Shown here in pieces: positions 32,193 to 42,237 of a stretch of DNA of 64,000 nt. Source of the stretch: Nitrospirota bacterium (GTDB taxonomy: Bacteria; Nitrospirota; UBA9217). Each line of letters begins with the position of its first letter. Positions within the stretch are counted from its first letter, which is position 1. The stretch is from positions 192,001-256,000 of the forward strand of contig CAVWHO010000008.1 in the NCBI GenBank assembly GCA_963754875.1, in the 5' to 3' direction. The notes beneath the pieces were generated by a model that worked only from the letters and a program-made list of their open reading frames with translations, was not told where the DNA came from and searched no databases. A program made the position numbers and the translations under genes.

Positions 32193-35100
32193 TCACGGCT
32201 TGCCTGATTGAGGCGCGGCGTCAATAATTTCTTCTGCCGATTCTCTTCTTGCGTGTTCTGCAGCCAGGAACATGTACATTGCCGGCACGACGAACAGCGT
32301 GAACAGGGTGCCGATGGCGATGCCGGTCATGATCACCAGACCCATGCTGAAGCGGCCGGCCGCTCCCGCACCCGATGCGGTCACGAGCGGCAGAACGCCC
32401 AGTACCATTGCCGCGGTGGTCATGAGGATCGGCCGCAGCCGGATAGCGGCGGCCATCTCCACGGCCTCTCGTTTTCCCTTGCCCTCGCGCTGCAGATCAT
32501 TCGCAAACTGAACGATCAGGATGCCGTGCTTGCTGATGAGTCCGATCAGCGTGACGAGGCCCACCTCGGTATAGATGTTGAGGCTCGCGCCGCCGACGCC
32601 CAGGCTGATGAAGATCATGGCCCCGCAGATCGACATGGGCACGCTCACCAGAACAGTGAGCGGGTCACGGAAACTTTCGAACAGCGCCGCCAGCGCAAGG
32701 AAAATTATGATAAGGGAGAAGAAGAACGTCACTTCCAATGCCGTCGATTCCTGCACGTACTGCCGCGACTCACCCGCGTAATCTATGCTGTAGCCCTGGG
32801 GAAGCACGTCCTTGGAAAGCGCCTTGAGCGTGTCCAGCGCTTCGCCGAGCGTCACCCCGGGTCTCGTCACCGCCGAGATCGTCGCCGAGTTGAGTTGCTG
32901 AAAGTGGTTGAGTGATTCGGGTACGACCTCGGTCTTCAGCTTCGCGATAGTCGAAATCGGGACCGACGCTCCGCCCGGGGTCCTGATGTAGTAGTCCTGC
33001 AGCTGCGCAGCATTGAGCCGGTCATGCTGCATCACCTGCGGGATCACCTTGTAGGAGCGGCCGGCAAGGCTGAAGTAGTTGACGTAACCGCCGCCCAGCA
33101 TCGACCCAAGCGCGCCGCCGACGTCGCGCATGGTCAGACCGAGCTGTCCGGCCTTGTCGCGGTCGAACACCACGGTAGTCTGCGGCTTGTCGATTTTAAG
33201 GTCCGTATCGAGGAACGCGAACTTGCCGCTCGCATAGGCCTTGCCCATGAGCGCCTGCGACACCTCGTTCAACCGCTCGAACGACTCCGTAGTGCCGATT
33301 ACGAACTGCACCGGCAGGCCGCGTCCCGAACCGGGCAGCGGGGGCGGCTGAAATGCAACCGCGCGAAGGCCCGTGATGTTCCCGAGCCTCATCTGTACCT
33401 GCGGCTGGAGCTGTGCCGCCGTCTGCTTGCGTTCGTTCCAGGGTTTCAGCACCATGCCCGCGATGCCTGAGTTAAGACCGCCGATACCGTCGAACTGGAA
33501 TACGTGGTCCATTTCCGGAAAGGACGCGTAGGTTTCATAAACCTGGCGGGTAAAAAGCCGTGTCTGGTCCAGCGAGGCGTTCGGCGCGGCCGTGGCAAAG
33601 GTAATAATGATTCCCTGGTCCTCCTGCGGCGCAAGCTCGTTCTTCGACGTCGCATACAGGAAATAAATGCTCACCAGGATGAGGACCGCGAACACTCCGG
33701 TGACCGGCAGGGTGTTGAGCGAACCGTGCAATAAACGCTCGTACCCGCTGCGCAAACGGTTAAACTGTTTGTCGATACCCGCCGCGAACCGGTTCTGGCC
33801 GCCATGCTCATAGGGTTTTAAAAAACGGGAGCACATCATGGGCGACAGCGTGAGCGCGATGACCGCTGACACGGCAACCGCTCCTGCAAGGGTATAGGCA
33901 AACTCGGTAAAGAGCGCGCCCGTCAGACCTCCCATAAACCCGATCGGTATATACACCGCGATAAGCACGACTGAGATCGCGACGATCGGACCGGCGAGCT
34001 CCTGCGCGCCCTGGAGCGCCGCGGGCAGCGGTTTCATGCCCGTCTCCATGTGCCGATGCACGTTCTCCACGACGATGATGGCGTCGTCAACGACGAGGCC
34101 GATGGCGAGGACCAGCGCAAGCAGGGTCAGGAGGTTGATGGTATAGCCGAGGACGAGCATGATAAAGAACGCGCCGATGAGAGAGAGCGGCATGGCAATC
34201 GTCGGGATGATCACGGACCGCACGGTGCCGAGGAACAGGAAGATCACGGCGGTCACGATCAGGAGCGCCTCGACCAACGTGCCGATCACTTCGCGGATCG
34301 AACTGTTCACGTATTTGGTGGCATCGTAGACGATGCGGCCTTGCAGTCCTTCCGGCAATTGCTGCGCAATGGGCGGGAACGCTTTGCGTACGCCGTCGAT
34401 CACGGTAAGCAGGTTCGCCGTCGGAGCGACCTTGATACCGATGAACACCGCGCTTTCTCCGTCGAAGGCGACCGCAGTGTCGTAATCCTCGGCGCCCAGC
34501 GTTACGTTGGCGACATCTCCGAGCCGGACGATCGCGTCGTTCTGAGACTTGATCACGAGGTTCCGGAACTCTTCCACGGAATGCATGCCGGTGTCCGCCG
34601 TGAGGTCGACGGTGACCATCTGGCCCCGGGTACGGCCCACTGCGGAAATAAAATCGTTTGCTGCGAGGGCGTTACTGACGTCGGTGCCGCTCACGCCGTA
34701 GGCGGCCATCCGGTCCGGGTCGAGCCATGCCCTCAGCGCAAAACGACGCTGGCCGAGGACCTCGGCTGTCTGCACGCCGTCGACGGCCTGCAGCTTGGGC
34801 TGGACAACCCGGAGCAGATAGTCGGTTATCTTATTGGTGGGAAGGACGGAACTGTAAAACCCGATGTACATGGAATCGATGGTCTCGCCGATGGCGATGG
34901 TAACGACCGGCTGCTGCGCGTCCCTCGGCAGCTGGTTCAGGACCGCATTCACCCGCGTGTTGATCTCGGTCAGGGCCTTGTTCGGATCATAGTTCAGGCG
35001 TAGGCTCGCCTGGATCGTGCTCACACTGAGCTGGCTCGTCGAAGTGAGATAGTCTATGCCGTTTGCTTGGGCAATGGAGTTTTCGAGCGGCGTGGTGATG

Positions 35101-35285
35101 AAACCGGCAACCAGCGCCGGGTCGGCGCCGTAATAGATGGTTTGGACCGTGACGACTGCGTTCTGGACCAGCGGATACTGGCGCACGGGGAGGAGACCCA
35201 CCGACCGCAGGCCGAGCACCAGGATCAGCAGGCTGACCACGGTGGCAAGCACCGGACGTTTTATGAACAGATCAGTGAATTTCAT
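32193..35285 (-). CDS. RND efflux permease (MexI/MexW-like)
   Basis: FIKRPV, GLVVDDAIIVVEN, RLRPILMTT; 1030 aa intact. Confidence 0.95.
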   Translation of the reverse strand: MKFTDLFIKRPVLATVVSLLILVLGLRSVGLLPVRQYPLVQNAVVTVQTIYYGADPALVAGFITTPLENSIAQANGIDYLTSTSQLSVSTIQASLRLNYDPNKALTEINTRVNAVLNQLPRDAQQPVVTIAIGETIDSMYIGFYSSVLPTNKITDYLLRVVQPKLQAVDGVQTAEVLGQRRFALRAWLDPDRMAAYGVSGTDVSNALAANDFISAVGRTRGQMVTVDLTADTGMHSVEEFRNLVIKSQNDAIVRLGDVANVTLGAEDYDTAVAFDGESAVFIGIKVAPTANLLTVIDGVRKAFPPIAQQLPEGLQGRIVYDATKYVNSSIREVIGTLVEALLIVTAVIFLFLGTVRSVIIPTIAMPLSLIGAFFIMLVLGYTINLLTLLALVLAIGLVVDDAIIVVENVHRHMETGMKPLPAALQGAQELAGPIVAISVVLIAVYIPIGFMGGLTGALFTEFAYTLAGAVAVSAVIALTLSPMMCSRFLKPYEHGGQNRFAAGIDKQFNRLRSGYERLLHGSLNTLPVTGVFAVLILVSIYFLYATSKNELAPQEDQGIIITFATAAPNASLDQTRLFTRQVYETYASFPEMDHVFQFDGIGGLNSGIAGMVLKPWNERKQTAAQLQPQVQMRLGNITGLRAVAFQPPPLPGSGRGLPVQFVIGTTESFERLNEVSQALMGKAYASGKFAFLDTDLKIDKPQTTVVFDRDKAGQLGLTMRDVGGALGSMLGGGYVNYFSLAGRSYKVIPQVMQHDRLNAAQLQDYYIRTPGGASVPISTIAKLKTEVVPESLNHFQQLNSATISAVTRPGVTLGEALDTLKALSKDVLPQGYSIDYAGESRQYVQESTALEVTFFFSLIIIFLALAALFESFRDPLTVLVSVPMSICGAMIFISLGVGGASLNIYTEVGLVTLIGLISKHGILIVQFANDLQREGKGKREAVEMAAAIRLRPILMTTAAMVLGVLPLVTASGAGAAGRFSMGLVIMTGIAIGTLFTLFVVPAMYMFLAAEHARRESAEEIIDAAPQSGKP

Positions 35286-35382
35286 AGGTACACCTGCTCA
35301 GGTCCAGGATGCACGACCGAGGACAGACGCGCCCCCCCTTCGTGGATCATGGATCATACATCGTTCGTTGAATTCCCAGCTT

Positions 35383-36510
35383 CTACTCGTCCACCGGTTT
35401 CGGCGACTCCTCGTTCTCCGGCTGGACCTGGTTATTAATTATCACCTCGCTGCCATTCTTCAGCTTCAACTGACCGCTCGTCACCACGGTGTCGCCTTCC
35501 TTGACCCCGGTGAGCAAAGCGACCTGATCGCCGCGGGTAGGACCTACGGTAACGAAGCGCTGTTCAACAATCAGGCGAGGCTTTCCCTCAGTGCCCTTCC
35601 CGCTATCCTGGACGATAAAAACGGTGTCTCCGTAGGGGTTATAAGTCACGACCGTCTGCGGAAGCGTCACATAACGCTGCACTACACCGGCCCGGACGTC
35701 GACGGTTGCATACATTCCCGGCAGCAGCACGTGTTTCGGATTGGCGATCGTCGCCTCCACCTGGAAGTTCCGCGTCTCGGGGTCCACTTTAGGATTGATG
35801 ACCGTTATCTTGCCCGCGAACATGCGGCCCGGGTAAGTGTCCGTCGCTACGGCAACAACCTGCCCGAGAACGATTCGCGAAAGCTCCTGCTGCGGCAAAT
35901 AAAAGTCGACATAGAGCGGATTAAGCTGCTGGAGCGTAACGATCTTATCGCCGGGATTGACATATTGTCCCGGATTGACCGTACTGATACCAAGCCTGCC
36001 GCTGAAGGGGGCTCGTATGGTTTTTTTGTCGACCAGTGCCTGTTGTTGCTCAACCTGGGCGCGCTTGCTCCTCAGATCGGCCGCTTCGCTGTCCAGCGTT
36101 GCCTGGCTCACGGCCTGGATCTCGAACTGTTTTTTGTCTCGCTCGTAAGTCGTATTCGCCAGATCTGCCGCGGCCTGATTAGCGCGCAGCTGGGCGGTGT
36201 CCGCATCGGCGTTGAGTTCCACCAGCACTTGCCCTTCTTCGACTTCCTCGCCGGACTTGAAATGGAGCGAGCGTACGAGCCCCGATATCTCGCTGCTTAC
36301 ATCGACGCCGCGGACGGCGCGCAGACTTCCCACGGCCTTCACTTGCGGCTGCCAGGGCTGGAATTCAGCCTTCATGGCGGTGACCGCCGCCGGCGGCATT
36401 TTGAAGGACATGTATTTTTTCATCATACTGGCCTTGAAAATCTGAAAGCCGAATAGACCGCCGAACAGCACACCGACGGCAGCGATCATAATTACCATTC
36501 TCTTGACCAT
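35383..36510 (-). CDS. RND periplasmic adaptor (MexH-like)
   Basis: N-terminal TM, IRAPFSGRLG, VTSGQLKL. Confidence 0.93.
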   Translation of the reverse strand: MVKRMVIMIAAVGVLFGGLFGFQIFKASMMKKYMSFKMPPAAVTAMKAEFQPWQPQVKAVGSLRAVRGVDVSSEISGLVRSLHFKSGEEVEEGQVLVELNADADTAQLRANQAAADLANTTYERDKKQFEIQAVSQATLDSEAADLRSKRAQVEQQQALVDKKTIRAPFSGRLGISTVNPGQYVNPGDKIVTLQQLNPLYVDFYLPQQELSRIVLGQVVAVATDTYPGRMFAGKITVINPKVDPETRNFQVEATIANPKHVLLPGMYATVDVRAGVVQRYVTLPQTVVTYNPYGDTVFIVQDSGKGTEGKPRLIVEQRFVTVGPTRGDQVALLTGVKEGDTVVTSGQLKLKNGSEVIINNQVQPENEESPKPVDE

Positions 36511-36580
36511 GGTCCGATTCTCCGTATATAAGTTCAACCAAAAGCATTTATTCACAGGGATGAAGGCATTCAACGGCCAT

Positions 36581-38095
36581 TCATTCCTTCATCGATAATC
36601 CCCCCGCTGGACCATCTTGCTTCAATTCGTTTCTATTCCACCAGCCGCCGCCGAGGGCCTGGAACAACGCCGCCGTATCGGCAAACCGCAAAGCCTGTGC
36701 CTGGACTAAACCAATCCGAGTCTGTTGGTACTGGCGTTCGGCATTGAGCAGCGTAAGATAGCTCACCGCGCCGAGCTGAAACTGCTTCTGCGTAAGGTCG
36801 AGTAAATCGCGGGCGAAAGCATCGGCGTCGGCCTGCGCCTTGAGTGCATTCGCGTCTGCATCGAGCGCGCGCAGCACGTCGGCCACGTTCTGGAAGGCCT
36901 GCAAAACGGTCGCACGATACTGGGCCGCCGCCTGATCAAACACCGCTACAGCCGCACGCCGCTTCGCGCTCAATTCTCCGCCGTGGAACAACGGCTGGAG
37001 CAGCCCGCCGCTGAGGCTCCAGACACCCGTACCGCTCCTGAAAAGAGTTCCCGATGAAATTGCTTCCGAGCCGTAACTGCCGGTCAGCGTGAGTTGCGGA
37101 TAAAGATTTGCGATGGCCACGCCGACCTGCGCATTCGCTGCGTGCAGAAGCGCCTCCGCAGCGCGGATATCCGGACGCTGTCGCGCCAGCGAGGAAGGCA
37201 GGCTTATGGGCAGTTTTGCGGGCAGCTGCAGTCCGTCAAGCGTGAACCGGGGAAGGTCCGCCGTTTCACTGGGCAGCCGCCCCACGAGCACCGCCAATTG
37301 GTGGCGCGTCTGGGACAGCTCCTTTTCAAGGGGAGGCAGGGTTGCTCGCGTCTGAGCAAGCTGCGTCTGTTGCGCAAGCACGTCGGGGCGTGCTGCGCCG
37401 CCCAGCCGGAACTGCTGCTCGATCACCTCGAGCTGTCTTTCCTCTGCAGTGAGGATCTCCTGAGTAGCCGACAGCTCAGCCCGCAACAGGGCCTCTTTCA
37501 CTGCCGTTGTTACGATGTTCGACGTGATCGTCAGATAGGCCGCCTCGAGCTGAAAGCGCTGGAAATCGACTTGTGATTGCAAGGCTTCCAGTTCGCGTCG
37601 CGCCCCACCGAAGAGATCGAAGGCATACGTTACATTCACCGAGGCATTATAAAGCGTGAAGGGGCTGAAGTTGGCTTCGGGCTGACCGAAGGCTGCGCCT
37701 GATATTTTCTGGCGTGAAACCGAGCCGCTTGCGTCCACCTTGGGGTAAAGAGCGGACCCGACAAGGGCGTTCAGGTTTTCTTGCGCCTGGCGCAGGGTCG
37801 CCTCTGCAGCAGCAAGAGTAGGATTGCCTGCCAGCGCCTGGTGCATAACCTGGTCCAGCTCCGCAGAGCGAAAGAGCGTCCACCACTGGCCGGGGATGTC
37901 CCCTCCCGGAATCAGACGCTGAGATGCGCCCCCTGTCCCGGGCGATGATGGGGTTTCTGCGGACAGCGGCTCCGCAGTATATGCATGTGTATCTGGGGCC
38001 TCTGGCGGTCTGAAGTTTGGCCCGACGGCACAGCCTGCCAATAGCACAACAAGTGCACCCGCGATCGCTTCCCTGACGAACTTTCTTCTAAACAC
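36581..38095 (-). CDS. Efflux outer membrane factor lipoprotein (NodT family)
   Basis: LAGCAVGP lipobox, RPDIRAAEA, LFQALGGGW. Confidence 0.93.
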   Translation of the reverse strand: MFRRKFVREAIAGALVVLLAGCAVGPNFRPPEAPDTHAYTAEPLSAETPSSPGTGGASQRLIPGGDIPGQWWTLFRSAELDQVMHQALAGNPTLAAAEATLRQAQENLNALVGSALYPKVDASGSVSRQKISGAAFGQPEANFSPFTLYNASVNVTYAFDLFGGARRELEALQSQVDFQRFQLEAAYLTITSNIVTTAVKEALLRAELSATQEILTAEERQLEVIEQQFRLGGAARPDVLAQQTQLAQTRATLPPLEKELSQTRHQLAVLVGRLPSETADLPRFTLDGLQLPAKLPISLPSSLARQRPDIRAAEALLHAANAQVGVAIANLYPQLTLTGSYGSEAISSGTLFRSGTGVWSLSGGLLQPLFHGGELSAKRRAAVAVFDQAAAQYRATVLQAFQNVADVLRALDADANALKAQADADAFARDLLDLTQKQFQLGAVSYLTLLNAERQYQQTRIGLVQAQALRFADTAALFQALGGGWWNRNELKQDGPAGGLSMKE

Positions 38096-38197
38096 TCTTG
38101 CATCCGTCCTTCCGTGTTGATACGATCAAGTGCCAAAGCGTCTCGAACGTTCACCCTATACTTGAAATCATAGCACAGCCGTCAAATACGGGACTAT

Positions 38198-38234
38198 TTA
38201 TGTATAAATTTTATGTATAAATTATCTGTAAATT
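38198..38234. repeat. 13-bp tandem repeat upstream of the efflux operon
   Basis: ttatgtataaatt twice plus a degenerate third copy. Confidence 0.6.
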
Positions 38235-38630
38235 AAGAACAAAGTATCAAGTCAGAGACGCGCTCGAAGTCGGACATCAACTTCGCGCGGCGACAAGCTG
38301 CACTCGTGGTGGACGATTCTAGATCAGGCTAATAAGATCAATACGCTGTTCCTGGAACAAAAAAGCGGGAAACATACGGCTGGACGACTGAAGAAAATTC
38401 CCCTATTTTCATCGAAACTCGTAAATTTGCTTGATTTTTTTTGGGAAAAGAATATAATTCAGCCGTTTTGCTTCTTTTTTAAGGATTAATGCAACAAAAA
38501 AATCTTGTCCGCTTCCCGGACCACGATACCCGACGGTACCTCTAACTGCGGTGCGTTGTTTATTCAATTCATCCTTATTGCGACAAACGCGCTGCTGTTA
38601 TTCAGAAGAGAAGAAAGGGGGTGAAAAAAC

Positions 38631-38789
38631 TTGAAAAAGATCAGTGCAATTATAGCAGTCCTTGCAGTTGTTGCGGTTTTCGCTTTTGCCGGCTGCCAGA
38701 AACAGGAGGCCCCGACGCCTGCACCGCAATCAGCAGTAACGTCAACAGCGACCACCACTGCGCCTGCAGCAATGCCCGGAATGAAGTAA
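38631..38789 (+). CDS. Small 52-aa lipoprotein; absent from ORF track
   Basis: TTG start after purine-rich RBS; KKISAIIAVLAVVAVFAFAGC then P/T/A-rich tail; terminator follows. Confidence 0.75.
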   Translation: MKKISAIIAVLAVVAVFAFAGCQKQEAPTPAPQSAVTSTATTTAPAAMPGMK

Positions 38790-38813
38790 GTGAACGGATT
38801 TACCATAAAGGAA

Positions 38814-38848
38814 GTCCCTCCGGTTTTGTCCTGCCGGAGGGCCTTTTG
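38814..38848 (+). terminator. Intrinsic terminator after the small lipoprotein
   Basis: ccctccgg/ccggaggg stem then ctttt. Confidence 0.6.
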
Positions 38849-38956
38849 TATTGCGGATCTTGCCTTGAATGCCTGTTTTTTGCCTGCAGCGTTTCCCGGT
38901 TGACACCGTTCCCGGCTGCGCTTGCATTGGCGGGGAAATTATTTCATAATGCTCTT

Positions 38957-40192
38957 ATGTCCAGAAAGCAAATCGCCAGCTGGTGTCTTTTCGACTTTGC
39001 GAATTCTAGCTACTCCGCGGTCATAGCTGCCGTCATCTTCCAAGTCTATTACATCAATATTATCGTCGGGAACAAAGAGGGGAAAGGCGACCTTTGGTGG
39101 GGCGCGGCAATCTCGCTCAGCATGCTCGCTGTTTCCCTTTCCTCTCCCTTTCTCGGCGGCATTGCAGATTACACCGGGCTCAGAAAACGCCTCCTTGGGG
39201 CGTACACGCTTACCTGCATATCCGCCGTTACCGCGTTCTCATTGCTCGGCAACGGAGACGTCCTCGCGGGATTTATTCTCATCGTTCTTGCAAACATCGG
39301 CATGGAAGGAGGCCTCGTGTTCTATAACTCCTTCCTGCCGCAGATTGCGCCGGCGGACTACCAGGGCCGCGTCTCAGGATGGGGTTTTGCGGTCGGATAC
39401 GCCGGTTCCATACTCTCGCTCCTGATTGCCCTTCCGCTTGCACAGGCCGGCAGGTTCGAACTCATCTGGATCATGGTGGCTGCATTCTTCGCTCTTTTTT
39501 CCCTTCCTGCCTTTCTCTTCCTGCCGCAGGACCGGCGTATGAAGGTGGCCCCGGCGCAAGCAGGACTCCTGGGAATAAAGAAAGCCTGGCAAACGCTTCG
39601 GGAGATCTGGGGCCGAAAAGAGCCGAGAAAGTTTCTTCTCTCCTACCTCATCTATGAAGACGGCGTGAATACGGTTATCGTGTTCTCCAGCAGCCTGGCA
39701 GCCACAACATTCGGATTCAACCAGAGAGAGCTTATTATTCTGTACCTGCTCGTACAGGTTACGGCGCTCGTCGGTTCATTTCTCCTTTCGAAACCGACGG
39801 ATGTTTGGGGTCCGAAGTTCGTCGTAACGGTTTCACTCCTTCTCTGGTCCCTCGTTTCGGTATCTGCATTCTTCGTCCAGAGCAAGCCACAATTCTGGCT
39901 CATCGCCTGTACCGCCGGCCTGGGTCTCGGTTCCGTGCAGGCAGGGACCCGCGCGTTCTTTACCCAGTTCGTCCCCGAAGGAAAGGAAGCGGAATACTTC
40001 GGGGCCTATTCCCTGGTCGGGAAATCCTCTGCGATCATGGGCCCGCTTGTGTTCGGCCAGGTATCCGCAGCTTTCGGCAGCCAGCGGCCTGCAATCTTGT
40101 CCATTGCTGCCTTTTTTATTATTGGTTTTCTCGTGCTTCGACAGGTCAAAGGGGGCGGACCGAACGTGAGAAGACTGAAGGGACCGGCATAG
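38957..40192 (+). CDS. MFS transporter, UMF1/Atg22-like
   Basis: WCLFDFANS, FYNSFLP, GRVSGWG; about 12 TMs. Confidence 0.88.
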   Translation: MSRKQIASWCLFDFANSSYSAVIAAVIFQVYYINIIVGNKEGKGDLWWGAAISLSMLAVSLSSPFLGGIADYTGLRKRLLGAYTLTCISAVTAFSLLGNGDVLAGFILIVLANIGMEGGLVFYNSFLPQIAPADYQGRVSGWGFAVGYAGSILSLLIALPLAQAGRFELIWIMVAAFFALFSLPAFLFLPQDRRMKVAPAQAGLLGIKKAWQTLREIWGRKEPRKFLLSYLIYEDGVNTVIVFSSSLAATTFGFNQRELIILYLLVQVTALVGSFLLSKPTDVWGPKFVVTVSLLLWSLVSVSAFFVQSKPQFWLIACTAGLGLGSVQAGTRAFFTQFVPEGKEAEYFGAYSLVGKSSAIMGPLVFGQVSAAFGSQRPAILSIAAFFIIGFLVLRQVKGGGPNVRRLKGPA

Positions 40193-40357
40193 CATGTTGC
40201 TGCTGAGGGCACGGAGATGCTGCTAGACTCCACAGCTATTGTAGTACTGCAATCCATACTTCATCTGACCCACTGCCGTACAACGTGAAGTCTGCTCCGT
40301 TGGAGGACCAGCATTTCGCCAGCGGAGCAGATTTGTTAATTAACGCTTCCTTACTCT

Positions 40358-41572
40358 TCAAGATGAAGCAGACCCATAAGTACCCATCTTGAAGCTAAAC
40401 GTTCCCAACAGATGATAGTGGGGCGTAGGTGATATTGTCGAATCGTAATCAGTGAGCATAACATCAAACGTGCCGTTGACGTCGCCCGAGAGTGTTGAAT
40501 CTTGAGTAAAGGTGATGGTGCCGCTCTCCACTTTTTTCAAGGCTGATTTCTCGCCATTGAGAACGATGAAGGTCCCGGGGAACTTTTCATAGAACGTATT
40601 ATCCTCGATAGCAAACGTTTTGCCGCCGATGCTTGGCACGGTTCCATTCGTTTTAGGTATGTCGATCCGCATAACAGTCTTAAAATTCGGGTCCCACACA
40701 TTTTCCCCCACATCGGCCTGTATGGACCAGAAAGAATCATTGTTCGTGGAATAAAAGAAGTTCGGCCTGATGAGGCCGTACTCATCATACGTGACGGTAA
40801 AGCTGTCGGTCGTGTTTTGGGTCGTATCGGCATTCGACGGCACGACAACGGCGGTTGATGCATTCGAATTGCTCATCACGGTTGCGCCGGGTCCGGTTTG
40901 ACCGCCTCCCGAACCGCAGGCAGTCAACGATCCTAATGACATGACGGCGACCAGTACGGAGGTCACCAGCATTTGTTGTAAACGGATTCCGTGCTTAATA
41001 TGATGCGGCTGGACATATCCTTCCTCAATGAGCACCTCACCGAGCTTTTTCCGGCTTAAAACCTGTTTGAGGAGAGCTGCATCAAGCTGCTCACGGGTGA
41101 TGTGGCCGGCTGAGACCAGGATTTCGCCGAGCCGGAGGGGACCGGGAACAGGCTTCGGAGGCTGCTGGTTGTTTTGAAAATCGAGCAGCCTGTTCAGCTG
41201 CTGCTTGGTGAGCATTCCGTTGCGGACAAAAATCTCGCCGAGCTTGTCTCCTGTTTTCTTCTGCTCGTCCAAGGCTTGACTGAGTTCCGCCTCGGTGATG
41301 TGTCCGGCCTGGAGGAGCAACGCGCCGAGCATTTGACGGACTCCGGCCGCAGTTGTAACGGCTTGATCGGTATCATCGAGGCGTTCCTGCACTGCAAGAA
41401 CAGCATTGATGTCCGCGGGATCAAGCACTCCCATTCTGACCAGCACCTGCCCGAGGAGTTCATTGGTATGTTTCTGCTCCTCGAGAGCGCGCCCCAGGTC
41501 CGAGGAAGACATAAAACCGCCGTCAACAAGAATCTGTCCAAACGGCCGTTTAATACGCTTTTGCATCGACAT
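40358..41572 (-). CDS. Protein with three MshEN-like domains, a TM/lipobox segment and an exported C-terminal domain
   Basis: Repeated (R/K)LGxxL...G.I...L..AL..Q motifs, then VLVAVMSLGSLTACG. Confidence 0.75.
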   Translation of the reverse strand: MSMQKRIKRPFGQILVDGGFMSSSDLGRALEEQKHTNELLGQVLVRMGVLDPADINAVLAVQERLDDTDQAVTTAAGVRQMLGALLLQAGHITEAELSQALDEQKKTGDKLGEIFVRNGMLTKQQLNRLLDFQNNQQPPKPVPGPLRLGEILVSAGHITREQLDAALLKQVLSRKKLGEVLIEEGYVQPHHIKHGIRLQQMLVTSVLVAVMSLGSLTACGSGGGQTGPGATVMSNSNASTAVVVPSNADTTQNTTDSFTVTYDEYGLIRPNFFYSTNNDSFWSIQADVGENVWDPNFKTVMRIDIPKTNGTVPSIGGKTFAIEDNTFYEKFPGTFIVLNGEKSALKKVESGTITFTQDSTLSGDVNGTFDVMLTDYDSTISPTPHYHLLGTFSFKMGTYGSASS

Positions 41573-41685
41573 TGCAGACTCCTTTGCGCCCCCTAAAGCG
41601 GCGCCCTGTTTTTCCAAACCAATGCTCCGCTGCGAATAGACCGGCCCTTCGATGGACCAGCCTTCCCACTTACAGAACCATTATA

Positions 41686-42198
41686 TCATGTTTTTCCATA
41701 AATATCTTGTTTTTTTATCACCGCGCTGCTTTGGACGGCGTTTCTGCTCCCTCTGTCTCCATCTCCCGAACCGCTGCTCGCCCTGTATTTCAAAGGACTT
41801 CCGCTGTACTCCGACGGGTAAGCCGGGGCATAGGTCGATTCATGAAGGAAGACTCTTTGCCCGATCAGGGGCGCCAGTTGATGAATGACATGCTCCTTGC
41901 TCAGAAACGCATTGGCCCCGGCATCAACGAACTGACGGGCCCTTGCATCTACGCTGCAACCGATAATGAACGAATCCGGAGAAAATCGGCGCGCCAGTCT
42001 CGCTACCTCATCTCCGTTCATCTCCGGCATCAAATAATCGGTGATGATGATTTCGAAGCGCTTTGATTTCATCAAATCGAGGCCGGACCTCCCGCTCTCG
42101 CAGCAGCTCACGTTATGGCCTTCGAATTCCAGAAGTGCTCGAAGCATATCCCTTGTGGTTTTGTTGTCATCGATGATCAAAACATCCAGTCTGCTCAC
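41686..42198 (-). CDS. Single-domain response regulator receiver
   Basis: LIIDD, TDYLMPEMNG, AGANAFLSK; true 3' end uncertain. Confidence 0.8.
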   Translation of the reverse strand: MSRLDVLIIDDNKTTRDMLRALLEFEGHNVSCCESGRSGLDLMKSKRFEIIITDYLMPEMNGDEVARLARRFSPDSFIIGCSVDARARQFVDAGANAFLSKEHVIHQLAPLIGQRVFLHESTYAPAYPSEYSGSPLKYRASSGSGDGDRGSRNAVQSSAVIKKQDIYGKT

Positions 42199-42237
42199 GT
42201 CTGTTCTCCCACATTATTACCGAACGTTTTTTTGACG

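Noticed and set aside
38621..38956. N-terminal extension of the 523-aa MFS ORF
   Set aside because: Overlaps the small lipoprotein gene and its terminator; MFS similarity starts at 38957
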